Positions 12,891 to 26,098 of a stretch of DNA of 64,000 nt are shown here, piece after piece. This stretch comes from Nitrospirales bacterium (lineage in GTDB: Bacteria > Nitrospirota > Nitrospiria > Nitrospirales > UBA8639). Location: assembly GCA_965203295.1 (NCBI GenBank), contig CBDBCZ010000010.1, forward strand, positions 224,001 to 288,000. Reading direction: 5' to 3'. Within the stretch, counting starts at the first letter, position 1. Each line of letters starts with the position of its first letter. Both the position numbers and the translations under genes were made by a program. The notes beneath the pieces are model-generated. The model was not told the origin of the DNA and searched no databases. It saw only the letters and a list, made by a program, of their open reading frames with translations.

Positions 12891-13902
12891 ATGCCTGCTG
12901 CATTTTCTATCGACCTACGTTGGAAAATTGTTTAGATGAAAATTGCCCATTCTTTACCTGTGAGCGAAATTGCAGTGCTGCTGGAAGTATCTGAGCGTAC
13001 AGTGCGACGGATCGTAAAGTTGTTCACTGATACTGGTGATGTGAAGCCCAAGGAGTACCATCATGGGCCAATGAGACCTTGGAGATTTCGAGCAACTCAC
13101 ACTGCTTTGACTGATCTTGGAACATCCCGGTATCTATTTCCATGAGATACAAGCTGAGCTATATGCAATGTTTGGAGTACAAGTGAGTGTACCAATCATA
13201 TGTAGAACCCTTCGATATATGGGTTGTACAAGGCAAGTGTTAAGTCATGTACCAGCACAGCATTGTGATGCTCTAAGGGGAAAATTTATGGCAGATATAT
13301 CTGTATATGATCCATCTATGTTTGTATGGATCAATGAGCCTGGATGTGACAGAAGAAATGCCACCAGAAAGTACGCCTACAGTATGCGAGGGATTACACC
13401 TTGTGATCACAGAATCTTAATTCGAGGGCAGAGGTATTCTGTTATTACAATTACAGTACTGTCTATGAAGGGTGTATATATTGTTGAATCAACAGTTAAT
13501 GGAGACGTGTTTGAAGAGTTTGCCAGGAAGTGTTTGCTACCTATTCTCCAACCCGTTGACTATGTAGCTGCACAGTCAGTTGTCGTAATGGACAATGCTG
13601 CTATTCATCATGCAGTCTTTTGTCAATATGATTGAGACAGACGCTCAAGCACAGCTTTTGTTTTTGGGATGTTTTCTTTACATCAGACAGCTTAGCTAAT
13701 TGCATTCCACTGTAGTGCACGAGATCGTACTCATGATTTAATGCCGTTGGAGGAGGCATTCAGCAAGGTTAATTCAATTATGAAGGCAATTGATGCACTG
13801 TTTCAGGCATCTAGTACACCCAGAGCACTCCTTGCAACGGCATTCAGTATGGTCACAGAGGAGGACTTCATCGGCTACATCAGTCATGCTGGTTACCTGT
13901 AA
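12891..13902 (+). pseudogene. IS630/Tc1-type transposase, copy 2 (degraded)
   Basis: MPAAFSIDLRWKIV, HTH EIAVLLEVSERTVRRI, MFVWINEPG, VVVMDNAAIH, DLMPLEEAFSKV. Frameshifts and a 60-bp foreign insert are present. Confidence 0.85.
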
Positions 13903-14099
13903 CTGAACAAACTCAATAATAAAACTCGCATGTACAATCATATATTTCAACTGAAGAATGACCATGTGCATGTAATAGAATTGCAAAATATTATTGATGA
14001 GCCAGACAACATTCCACATACATGTATACGGTACAAAGAGGTGAAATGTAGTCTAGAAAGTAAAATAAGGGTTGAGGGTGTGTAGCGAATCTTAGATTA

Positions 14100-15140
14100 T
14101 AGGGATAATTTCTTCAAGACATCCATAACAACTTGTTTTTCTGTTTCAAACTCTTCCTGTTAAAGTACTCCAGATGTTTTCAAATTTTTATTCAGCAAGA
14201 TGTTTGTAGCATTTGGAGTGGTTTTCAATCAATTTTCCAGGGCTTGAGGCTGGGGAAGAAAGGGCCTTTGGGGTCAGAGCTGAGGCAATGGCCTGTGATG
14301 CAGCTTGCAGTGCTATGTCAGTAGCACTTTCAGACTTCCTCCTTGGTGTCTCTTTACCACCAGCTCTTTGAAACATTTTACTCTTGGGTGGATCGTCATG
14401 GCTGGCATGTAAACCCGACATTAGCATTTCACTCCATATTCGGTACTGCATAGCAGTAAAGGCTGACTGACCATGCTTTTCTTTTAAAACATCAATTGTG
14501 GCTTGTACCTTTTCTTCTCTCTCTTTTGATGTAGGCTTCTTTTTCTTGCTTTTTGTTGAATATTGCTCCTCATCTGATTCAGATTCATATGCATTCCTTC
14601 GGCGATGGCTATTGCTTGACTTTTTCGGATGCTCCTCCTTTAGTTAGTGTATCACACCACATGAAAACCTTTCCACCCTTCCTCACATCCATCCATACAT
14701 CCTTTAGGTCTTCAAGGCTACGAATGTTCACTACTGCTGTGCCTTGCATCACACCAACATCAAAATCCTCACTAGTGATGTCATCTTTCAATTACTCCCT
14801 AATTACTTTCTTAAGAGCAGGCACAGACAGTACCTTTCCATCATCAATGTTACACAATATAAATGTATTGACATCTTTCTTGTTGATCTTCGTTCAGATA
14901 CACCTTGGGAATTACACTTTGCCTGGCTTGAATTTGCGGTTGACTGGGCAGTGTAGTCACAACAACTGTACTGGCTTGGGGAGGTTCTTGCCTAAGTGGT
15001 ACCGCAGTGGTACGCGAGGTTGTCACAACGTTCCTGGCAACATTATGGACGGATACAGGAGTGAACACCACAGTTGGAGGTGTTCTAGCTCCAGCTCCAG
15101 CCTCATTCGTACTCATTTTCAAGCTCACCTCGAGTGCCAT
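14100..15140 (-). pseudogene. Accessory gene (PB1-like/SHOCT-like), copy 2
   Basis: DFDVGVMQG..IRSLEDLKDVW..KVFMWC; MQYRIWSEML; NLKTSGVL.QEEFETEKQVVMDVLKKL. Convergent with transposase copy 2. Confidence 0.65.
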
Positions 15141-15462
15141 GTGCCAAGGTTCAAAGGGTACACTTTACGCATGCGCATGACTAATCTGGACAATCCACTT
15201 GAAATCCTCGGTATGCATAATATTTTACGATGCGGGAGATGTAGAAGGGGAGATATGCAGTGAACATGCATATTTTTTTTAGTAGAGGGTATACAAAATA
15301 GTGTAAACATGCATCGCGTTGTATGATTAATAGCAATAGGCAATATTGTTGACATGGATGCACAAGATTGTACGTTGTTGGTTGGAAAACATGGCATTGT
15401 TGGAATTCATTGATAACAGTACAGTATTTCAATTGTTCATAACTAGTTCATAACTAGTTTCA

Positions 15463-15748
15463 CTCATTGCCGTAAGCCACTTAAGTGGATAATACGTAAT
15501 CCTTCCACTACTACCGTGTATGCGGTTATCGATCCTGAAGCCCTTCTTGGATCCAATTTGCTGTCCTTTTTGCCTTCAATGGCTGTAGTTGGTAGCCTTC
15601 TAACAAATACAATGCAGAATTCGCTGGATACTTGAGTTGGTAAGCATAAAAATAGCCAAACAGTGAACTAAAACTTTTCATACGCCATTGTTGTAGAAAT
15701 TATCGCGTGGAGCATCACGCGTGTGACGTAATTACGGCATGCAATGAG
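15463..15748. mobile_element. piggyBac-type MITE (CTCATTGC family), internally deleted
   Basis: TIR CTCATTGC/GCAATGAG, flanked by TTCA and TTAA. Homologous to 56510-56743, to the inverted partial copy at 40971-41140 and to the left-end stub at 17168. Confidence 0.75.
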
Positions 15749-16819
15749 TTAAGCATTATTTGGGGAATCCAACATACATGTTGGTATAATGTACAATGTT
15801 ATGTACATGCATTGTGTGAGTTGTTTCCAGCGCCTTTTTGTTTGAGGGGAGTTGTATAAATGGTATCACTGAATGAACAGAATGATTTACAGTAGCTATA
15901 TAATGTGAAGACAAGAGAGTTGCATGTACATGTATGACTTCTTTAGTTGCCATATAGTGAATGACGTCAGTTTTGAGGCACGGCGAATCAGCTCCGGATC
16001 CATTCCGGGAGGACGGGACGATCACCGAAAGTGTAACTGATCTATAAATTGGGGGTTCACGAAAAATCTAACTGAAACGACGCAATATAATATCAGAGAT
16101 CACAATAAATATACTTTACTCTGTACTTGTACAAGAGCGTATAGCCCTTTGTCATAATCATGTGCATCCATGGAGGGGCGGGGCTGCTACCGGTACATGC
16201 TATACCATGTGGATGACTTGTGAAGTGCACATGTGCGGTAGAGCATGTAGGCGACATCATCGATCCTTTGTGGGGGCATATCATGCTCCTGATTTTTAAA
16301 GCCCAAACAGTGAAGCGAAGAGGGAGAGACATGTATTTATCATCATGCATTTGCAAGAGTAGGCCTAAAAAATATTTTCTATCCGTGCCGGGCAGGGAAT
16401 AAGCATCTGTATACTCTATCTGATTTTCTATTAACGCTTAATATAAAAAAAAGTCACATTCAACTCTACTAGGAAAAAAAACTTGGCTAGGAAAGAGTTT
16501 TTCCTGGAGACAATCAGAGGTATGAGGAGAATCAGTGGGAGGAACTGGTTGAGTGGTGAACAAGGGAAAGGGCGAGGAGGGACATCTTCCAGAGTAACAT
16601 ACACAATTCCATAAGGTTATCTGCAATGTCAGGAAAGTGAGCACACACATACACCTGTAAAATGTCATACAAGTGCATGCAGCTAAACAGGGTCGTTGGG
16701 ATTGAGATTGATACTCGAGAAGAACATTGTCTTCCTAAGTGTGAGGGAGAACAGTCTCATTTAGCAGTCTTTCGTCACGCAGTGTCTTATGGGAATCCAG
16801 CAAATTCACTGCGTCGACA

Positions 16820-17360
16820 GTGGAGGGAGAGAGAGAGGAAGGGAGGGAGGGAGAAAGGGACGAACAGGAGGAAGGGACGAACAGGGGAGGCGAAGGGGGA
16901 TGGAGGAAGGGAGGGAAAGAGGTTGAAGAGGAAGGAGAGGCACTAGTATGTGCCTTGAACTGCTAGGATTAGGATGTGAAGTAAGAGCCCACATACATGC
17001 ATATCCTCCTAGGCATCCTATGCCCACACAGGAAGTATCCACCACACATCACAGTTACTGTGTTTTTAGAACACGTATGTACTGGACTTTTCAACTTGTC
17101 ATTATCTTGAATGTGCTGTGTCATTCTGGATTTCAAGAGAGGCTCTCAAGAAACCCGAAGGTATTAACTCATTGCACGCCGTACGCCACTTAAGTGGATA
17201 TTCCGTATACCTCCGCTACGCCACACGACACTATAGCAGTTCATTAGTCATCAACCACACAGTGAAATGTGGAGCTTCATTAGGAAGGGAGCGAGAAGGG
17301 GAAGGGGGGAGGGAGGAAGGGAAGGAAGAGGTGGGAGGGAGGGAGGGAAAGGGGTAAGGG
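16820..17360. repeat. GA-rich low-complexity tracts and short local duplications
   Basis: Purine tracts at 16820-16940 and 17283-17360. CAGTTCATTAGTCATCAACCACAC is repeated at ~17238 and ~17601. Confidence 0.6.
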
Positions 17361-18033
17361 GTGTGTCATTCTGGATTCCAAGACACGCTGTCAAGACACC
17401 TAGAGAGATTAAATCAAGTGGGTGTGCCTTGGTATGTATACAGGATGAATAAGAGCCCACCTACACGTACATGCTTATGCTGAAGTCTTTTCCAAAGCCC
17501 ACATACATTACAAATATCTGATGATTCGAAAACATACCTGACTTTTTGACTTGTCATCAGCTTGAATGTACCCACACCTCTGCAAAATGGTTGTATTTAG
17601 CAGTTCATTAGTCATCAACCACACGGTGAAAAGTGGAACTTCATTTGGCAGTAGGAGTGGGTGGGTAACAATAAGAAGGGGAGTCTGGGAGCACACTCAC
17701 CACAAAACTGGTTTTGGATTGCGTCATAAGCTCAATGCAAACAGTAAACTGCTGCAGAGCACTCCGAATCTCAACTCAGCTGAAATGGAGTGGAATAGGA
17801 TTATCTCCTTTTCTCGATAAGGAATATCTATTTCACTTTCACACTATGTTCACTGCAAGAGGAGAATCTTTCTGCTATACCCACTCACATCACCTACCAC
17901 TGCCTTACATGCTTACACACAGCAACATTTTGGCAATGGGAGCACATAAATTGGTGCCTGTACATATTTAAGTTGTATACATTCAGAAACAAGTTATACA
18001 ATTCAATCAAGCACCGGAATTACAATTACACAG

Positions 18034-18470
18034 TCATAATGGTCCAGTGCTCTTGTATTGCATAAATACAGTGACAACGTTTAAGACGTGTACACTAGGC
18101 CCTATGCACTGCCATGCACAGCCCGGTCCAATGTTTTGACGGACAACTATGTTTACATCAAGCATGCAGGAAAGCAGGATCACCTTAAGATCAGTTCCCC
18201 ATTCACCAAGCTCTGCCATGCGTGAGTTTTTCCCCAGGTACTCCTGCACCTTGGTGTTAAAGAAACTCCACGTTCATGTGGATCAACTGGAGCATCCACC
18301 CCAATTGAGATGTACTCTATTATAAGGATGGATTTTGGTGTAGATAGTTTATGGCTGCTTTCCGAACAGCATAGTGGTTAGATTCGGTTCCTGTTACGTG
18401 CCTTGAAATAGCACGAAACAGTTAGCACAAAACAAACAGTTTCCATCACCTTCCACTCTCACACCTATGT
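18034..18470 (-). pseudogene. OTU cysteine protease (deubiquitinase-like) domain of the Helitron
   Basis: RVEGDGNCLF..FRAISRHVTG and EWGTDLKVILLSCMLDVNIVV. Confidence 0.75.
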
Positions 18471-20555
18471 GTCGTGATATTTCATTGCACTGCAATGAAT
18501 ACACGGTCTTGAGATGAAACCTTGTCGACTACAGACATTTCACTACACTGGGACAGAACACAAATCTGGGCCTGCCAGATTTCATCTAGGAGTGGTCAAT
18601 TGATGGGATTAGGGGGATTGCAGTGCTCATTACCACAATAGATGGCAGTGCCATCACTGACATCGTGACAGCTCTAAATGGTAGTGGAACTGTGGGCTTT
18701 TTTCGCTTCCACATTTGAAGTGCGTGGGAGTTCTCCTGAATGCATAGATTGCCTTCATTTCCTAAAATGGCGTGCTTTTTTGCATTCAGGCTCTGTGCAT
18801 GGAGTATTTCCAGTGGGCTTACATTTAGAACCGGCTATAGGTTTAACCAGCAGCGTATATGGCTTGAGCATCTGGTCTATACACTTGTCTCAAGCGATTC
18901 ACCAGCTAGTGCTAACCATGATAGAGTTGGGGTCGAATGCAACCAGGTGTAACCCAGCTAGTGTTCGAACTCTCAATATTGCTACATAGGCCATTCCAGG
19001 GCTAAACACTTTATCGAAGAGGTCTACTATGGCACAGTCTAATGAATACCTTGCCATTTGTGTATAGTCACAGCCTAGGCCAAAATCAAGAGAAACTCTT
19101 TCCTGTACACATAGTAGTTCTTCATGACCATGAATGTGCTCTTTTCTTTCCACATCATAAGGCTCACTTATGTGGTCTAACTGAATGCAGACATGATCAA
19201 TTTAAATGAACAACACAGTACCGATGGCACCGTTTACCAAACCAGCATTTGTGACCATATTGCAGCAAAGCAGGACTCGTGCTCCAACAGCTAGTGTAAG
19301 CTTGGCTTCTAATCCGTTGTCAAGTTAGTCATTGTTAATCCTATCTAGCTTTCAGCTGCTTTTTTGCTCCACTTACGAGTACTGCAAGTTTCATCAACTT
19401 CATCAGTACAGAATACGTCATGTACTTGTGAAGTAAGACGATTGAGCATTTTATTGTTCAAATGATCACGTTTTCCTTTGTGGGAACACGCAAACAGGCG
19501 ATTGCTCGGACTGCTGAAGGTCAACATACTTGTCCACTGTGAACCCCTCAATGACCTTTTTTTCAGAAGGTTTGAATATTTCATCAGTACTAACACAATC
19601 CAACACAGATGAAAATTCAACATGTTTTTTCTGAGGCTCATTGATGGTCAGTTCATCATAAGCAATGGTATTCCTCCAGTTATTTATGGAAGGTGCACAT
19701 CCGAGTTTGTACTGGAGTGATTTTTGAGGATTTTTTTCAAATACAGGAAATCCATTGACAGGCTGTAGTTGAAGAAAATCACCAACGAAGAGCAACGAAT
19801 CAGTCCTGGCTCCCAAACAGTTCTTGTAACCTCAAGTGCATATAAGCAAAGTTGAGGCTAGCAACCATGGAAACAATGTTGATTTTCACACTACGAAGTG
19901 TGATTTTCATCACATTCAGTGAAGATTTGGGTAGTTCCCAAAACTCAGCTGCCTTACCCTTGTGTTCAATGGGCAACTGGAACAGCCTGTGAATGGTGAT
20001 AACACCAACATTGAAAGCTGCTGGCCCAGTTGGTGCCGCAATAGCACACACGTTAGATTATCAGAAGGCCACAGGTCATGGACTAATGCCTTGATGGTTT
20101 CAATGAGGAACGATTTATTTGTTCCACCAACACCGCTGACAAACATGCGAGCAACATTCATCAGCCTCGTGCTGTTGTTGGTGGAGGAGGTGATCCTTGA
20201 CCCTGCCAAAGATGCGCCTCTGGTCGGCATTGAGCATTGCTACTCTCAGTTTTAGGGACAGAGTGTCGGCTGGATGGGCGTTCATGTCAAATAGCTCCTT
20301 CTTTGCCGTTTTTACTTCGCCCAACAGCTGTAGATCATCATCTTGTTTGCTGATTTTGTGTTCCTCACCATCGGCCTGCCAGGCGTCATTGATTTGCTTG
20401 AAGTTAGCCCGGGCTTGCAACATCTTCTGCAGTCTGCTGTGGTAGGCTGAGCAGGTGCTGTCGTTAGGCAACAAGTGCCGGAATGCTTCTCCAGCGGTTT
20501 CATTCTCAAGATGCAAAGGAACTCTTGTCTCTGAACGGAAGTGGGGTATCAGAGA

Positions 20556-21097
20556 TAGCCTCGTACCCAAGCGCTCAAACATTTGGAAGGAGCGCCTGGT
20601 ATCAACTCTTCGCGCATGCGTGAGAATTTGTGGAAAAATGCCAGTAAGTGCATTCGTGAATGAGCTGAAGCACGTGGCAAGGAGTAGTACAGAGGTAGTA
20701 TACGGTATAGTAAGCGGAAAAACTAGAGAGTAAGTGATATTCCAAGTTTCTGAGAGTTCCATTTGCTAGGCTATCTTACCTCGAAAGCGTCTATCCGAGT
20801 AGTAACGGTGAACTGCTTCATGTGATCGATTTTCAATCACGGTTCTGGCTTTCGAGGCCGCTTAGAGGCTAATGGGATAGAAGAATCAAACTACCGATCG
20901 CATTCTAGGCAGCTATCCAGTGAAAAACCATCGCTACAGGCGTAAACCTCGCTCGCTAGATTCAGCCTTGCAACACCAACGATAACACGGACTAGTATAG
21001 CGGTAGTATCCAACTCCCACAGAAACACCTGCGGAGCCGCGCATGCGCAAACAGTGGATACCAGGCCACCTTTCCACGTGGCCTGGGTACGAGGCTA
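20556..21097. mobile_element. Non-autonomous Academ(H)-type element inserted in the Helitron
   Basis: TIR TAGCCTCGTACCCA / TGGGTACGAGGCTA; 9-bp TSD TATCAGAGA / TATCAGAAA. Confidence 0.8.
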
Positions 21098-23702
21098 TAT
21101 CAGAAAGTAGTAGGAGGCATCCCTTTGGTCCTCCTTTTTGGGATCGAACAGTTTGTGGCTAGGAAGTTGAGGCTTTGTAAACTTCCTGTACTTCCTATTT
21201 CCACCTGTTAGGTTTGTAGTCATAGAGGCAAACACCTTCTAGATCACTCGGTCTCCGGGGATAGTGATTGTCTTAGAGGTTGTCCTGAAAGATGTCTTGG
21301 CTGTCTGGATTGTGCTTTGCGACATCTTCCAAAACCTTGTGGTCCTTCAACCTGCGACTCCTTTTGTGAGGCAGGGAGACATCTACCCACTTGACGGTGT
21401 CGGACTTCTCGGTGAGGTAGTCACCGAGCTGCAGATCGCAGGCCTTGTACAGCCCGCACTCTCGACAGCGTAAGCTGTGCACGGCAAAGCTCCAGAGCTG
21501 ACTGTAAATACTCTTATTTTTGCTGACTTGGTACCAGATATCCTGCAAGTTACTCTTTTCAGCTTTAGTAACAAGCCACTGACGTAGTGGCCCAGAGCCA
21601 GCGACGACACAGCCACGTACTGCACGTCAACATTGGCCTTCCACAGCATGACGAGGAGAGCGTTGTAGTCGTTGACCCCCACCTCCAACTCTGTTCGAGG
21701 AAACTGGTATATTTTCCTGCGTGATTTCAGAGCATCATCCACGCAGTTCAGTGTAGCAGTTTTACAGGCTTGGAGGGGAAAGCCAAACGTGCAGCGTGTA
21801 ATGAATGTTCTACCGCACTTGCATCTCCGTTTGCAATACGCGCTGCATTTGTGCATCTGGTATCTAGTGACCAGTCTGTGCAAGTCGGGATCAGTTTTTT
21901 TGTCAGGTATGTGACAAGTGATCCTCTCTTGCAGCCAAGCTAGTACCTGTTCTGGATCATCGTGATCGATGACTTGAGCATCTCGTATCCACAAGAGTAC
22001 ATGGTAATGAAGAGCCCCGCGAGCCTGGTACTCTTTTTTTCAGTAAAAATTCTCAATCGCACTGAGCACCGCACCTTTCAGTAGGACAGTGTGGAAGAAT
22101 GCATGGAATTTCAGCAAAAACTTTCTGGGCACCGATACCGGGTCATCAGTGCAAAGCTTTCCTATGCTGTAGGACGGAGAAACGTCATTGACTCTTTTAC
22201 CTGTCAATATTTACAGACACGTATTCAGCACAGCTGAACGTGAGAAACAGAGTTGGCGGCCCCGGTGCACAAATCATGCACCGTAGCTCCCTCTGTTTCG
22301 TGAACCAGTATTGCTTTGTACTGCGCACGGACTGAAGCATCGTGCACAAATTGGCCTCGAGGTGTCTGCTGCGAGTAACCACTCCATGCAAAAGTACACT
22401 GACAGACATGGGCTGTCTTCTGGTAGATTTCAGAAGGGTGTACACACCTGCAGAGATTTTACGCATTTCCTTCTGCCACAGAAGGAAAAAGATATACTAA
22501 GGGTCTTTTCTGTGGCGTGAGTCTTTGTCGAGTAGCCGCGACTTGACAAGCTTACTGTGAGAAAGCTTCACCTGACGGGGTGATGTTCACCAAACTGTCC
22601 GGTGGGAAAGAGCACCGGAAAGCACATGAAATTCTCATGATTGTCCAAGAGAACTTCCTTGATGCTTAGAGCTTTGTACTGCTCTAGGTCAGACTCACTG
22701 GAGAGCTTGTTGTCTAAGCTTCTGATCATGTAGGCTCGAAAGCCAGCAATGTCATCTGTACTACCTTTCTGTAGCATCATACTGCTAGCACTATTGGTAA
22801 ATTCTACTACCCGTTTGACTGCCTCGTCAACAGACTCAACATCTACATCCTTGTAGAGCCAGTTGAGTCTTGACGAGGTCAACGTTAACGAGGCTACGCC
22901 ACACAACTTCCCTCTTTGTTGGCCTACCATTCACTGTTATGTACAGTTCAGGCTCTGGTACGGCAGTGCTATGATACTCTTTAGAGTTTTATTGAATGGC
23001 AGAAAGAGAAAGAACATGGTCTTTCAATGATTTATACACTGGTAACTTCATCAACAGCTGCAACATGAGAAGAAAAACTTGCTGGAGAGCAAAAAAAAAC
23101 AACATTTCCGTTGTAGGAATTTATATAATCGAGCGGAAATTCTAGACTCAACCAGATGGGACTGGACTAAACAACTGGTCAGGACTAGACTGAACTGGTA
23201 CACACTGAATTGGACTGGAATGGAAGGGAAAATCCAAATGCTCAGACTTCCGCTTACGTTACTGTTACACAGCCAAACGTCATTTATTATCTGTACATAT
23301 GAAGATCTGTAATGGAAGTTACGTACAAATCTGTCACGGATCTGTTGTGAATTGTGACAGGTCTGTGATGTTTGTGTATCGCTACTGTAAATACACACAT
23401 CAGTTATGTCTGTTCATTATACAGACTTGTCACTTCTGTGCTCATTTACACAGATCTGTTACATCTATATGTTGATTATTAATCTGGTTTATTAAAAATT
23501 ATTCTGCTAATAGTATAGTTAGTAGTAGTATGTATGCATGATCCATAAAGTATTCGTGCTAATTTGACTGTAATACTCCTGCTCGTGAAGCAATAGAATT
23601 GCCCAAAATCAGTCTAGTGCACAAAGCGTGTAGTACGGTTATTCTGCATACCAACGCTTAGTTACTGCTAACCAAGAAACTATTCTAGAAGTCACTCTAG
23701 AT

Positions 23703-24190
23703 ATGGCAGCACTAGGTCACAGCTGTGATTTAGGCTTAGTAAGTCCGGAGTGGCTACAAAGGGATGCCAATTTCGACAATTTTGACGCATTTGGTAAAAT
23801 AGATGAGTTACTAGTGGGCATACCCGACTTTGAGGCCATGTCTCCACCATTAACTTGCTTGAGCTGTTTTGCAACGACCACTACTGGCGAACTCCAACGA
23901 CTACAAGAGAAAAACATAATTAAAAAATACCAAAAAATCGATGAATACGTGGCTGAACCATCTCCAGAGATGGCAGGAGCACAAGGGGATTACAAGCACG
24001 CCATCACAGTTCAACGAACAGCAGCTAGATGAAACACTGCAGCAATTCAACGCCAAACTCCGAAAAGATTACGGATCAGACTACGAACCAGATAGCCTTT
24101 GGGTTATGCTTGCCTCCCTGGACTGCCACTTCAGAACAAATGGAGCTTCATACAGCCTCCTCAAGGACATGGCTTTCAAATGCAGCCTCC
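23703..24190 (+). pseudogene. Crypton-type (ZMYM/QRICH1 DUF3504-related) tyrosine recombinase, N-terminal fragment
   Basis: NTKKSMNTWLNHLQRWQ..LDETLQQFNAKLRKDYGSDYEPDSLWVMLASLDCHF. Truncated at ~24190. Confidence 0.7.
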
Positions 24191-24195
24191 AGAAC

Positions 24196-25084
24196 AGTGG
24201 GGCGAAAGGGTGGTGGTTGGCCCCCTGTGGCAGGCAGATCACAAATGGCACTCTCCACTACAGGAACGACTCTTCTAGGAGGCTTGCCATCCGCTAGCGA
24301 CCTCAACTCGATGCGAGTGGCAGAGCAATCCAGTGAAGGGAGAGCTGGGGCCCCAGGTCTGGATGACTGTCTGGATAAGCAGACGGGGGGAGACAAGGGT
24401 CTGCTAGAACTGGCAGCCTCCGCCAAGAAGCCGCAGTTTTTCTCGGCGGCACAGGGACTCCCCACAATCCCGCCCAATCTGGCGCAGCGCATATGGGATC
24501 TGGAGTTCGTAGAGATGGCCGACTTTCTCCCATCCAATAAGGCCGTGCAGGCCCTGGAGCAGCAATCCACTTCGCAGGTGGTGCAAGATGGCGTCCTTGG
24601 AGCTCTGCAGCAGTTCCAACAGCAACAACAGCAGGGTCAGAGGGTTACGGATACTACAGCGTGGACCCGCTGCCTCACTCTCTACATTGCTGTGATGGCC
24701 AGTAGGAGAGCTGTTTTGGTACCAGCAATGGTTGCACACTTACACGCGGTGTTGAAGGTGCCGCGAAGTGGGGGATGGCATAGCTACAGTTTGACTGGCG
24801 GTCGAGGAGGGAGATGTGCGCTGAGGGAACCCCAACGTGGGAGCAGCAGAATCCATAACAACTCCTCCCCCTCGTTGCAGGGCAAGGCTCAGCGGCACCG
24901 GATCCGTTTGAGGTGTCACCACAAGTTCTCCTACCAGCTTGCCAGCCCCAGAAGCAGTCAGCAAACACCGGGGGCAGGCCCAGCCACAAAGCCGCCTGGA
25001 GTGTCTCCACAGCCATATCGCCTGCCCCCCAAACCTAAGAAGTCAGGAGTGTGCTGCCTCTTCAAAATTGTCCCTATGGCCTAA
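24196..25084 (+). pseudogene. Ngaro/DIRS-type gag remnant
   Basis: GLPTIPPNLAQRIWDLEFVEMADFLP and RVTDTTAWTRCLTLY align by eye with Gag 54733-55836 (GRPPVPRKLADKIWRWEFVDMAELLP; KVTDIFTWVQCFTAY). Confidence 0.75.
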
Positions 25085-26098
25085 CCTAACCAAGCTTGTG
25101 CTCACTGGAATGCTTGAAGGCTGTGGCCGCAAGGGTGGTGTAACCCCTCGACGTAAAAAAGGAGTCCCTTCATCATGAGCACCCCTTGCAGTCCAGCTGG
25201 ATCTCCCTATAGCTAGCTACCTGTCCAACTCTCTTTTCAACAGCTACTGCTTCTTCTGGTGCTGCTCAACCTCCAATGGTTTCCTTTCCAGTTGCTAGGA
25301 GTTCCAAATCAGGTCATCCTCACGTTGCCTGCTCCTTTTACGTCAGCAACTACTAATGATATAAAAAGGACCTGTCAGGCAATCGCTGTTTCTTAGCCTT
25401 CACCCTTGGTGCCATCAGTTACAATTCTTTCTGCTACCCTACCCAGTGTTTTATGCAGTTTTCAAGTTGGTTGTCAGCGGAAAACGGTACTACGTTGTGG
25501 CGGTTATAGGGTTTCTAAGTGGTGGGTAATATGATTACGACTGCGTTGCCCGCGGCCGTAATGACAATGACTCAGCATGCACTGCTGGTTTAGCTGCCTC
25601 AGTGGAGTTTTCTCGTGACCTTATGCTGTGTTGGATAGGTCTGAGTCTGGCTTGTGAAGCTACGGCTGAAGTACTACATCGTTGATCGAGATGGATTTTC
25701 GCTACAATAGTGAACCCTGCTGGCAATACAACGTTTACAATCCTTCGGGCAGTGCTGTGTCACCCTACCACTTACTTTTCGCTCCTGGACAAGCTGCTGA
25801 ACCTGAGGAACGTACGCTTACATGTACTATAATGTATAATGCTAGTGTAAAGGTGCTGAATCCCATAAACAAGGACTTTACAATGTTTACACTGAGGAGC
25901 CTCACAGCAGACGATATAAACACTCCTGCCTCAAAAAAAGAGGCTATTTTTGAACAACTAGGTGAGAGCATTGTCCCTAAAAGTTGGATTTTCTTGTTGG
26001 ATCCTACCGTAAGTCTACAACAAGTCTGACATTTTATGTCTAAAAAACCAGCCGGACGCCTTTTCCGTACAATACACACAACTCAGCTCAGGCCAAGC

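Larger units (their letters stand above)
18034..22930 (-). mobile_element. Helitron/Helentron RepHel pseudogene (HUH Rep + PIF1 helicase + C-terminal OTU)
   Basis: Rep: CFPVLFPTG, GPPTLFLTFSCAEY, EYQARGALHYHVLLW, HYVSG. Helicase: SGVGGTNKSFLI, AAPTGPAAFNV, VGDFLQLQPV, GLVNGAIG, FSPGMAYVAILRV. Many frameshifts. Confidence 0.9.

Noticed and set aside
20115..20762. 215-aa ORF as a real gene
   Set aside because: Chimeric: it starts inside the Academ MITE and runs into the Helitron frame.
24029..25084. 351-aa ORF as a real gene
   Set aside because: Chance read-through of an off-frame Crypton fragment into a frameshifted gag remnant.
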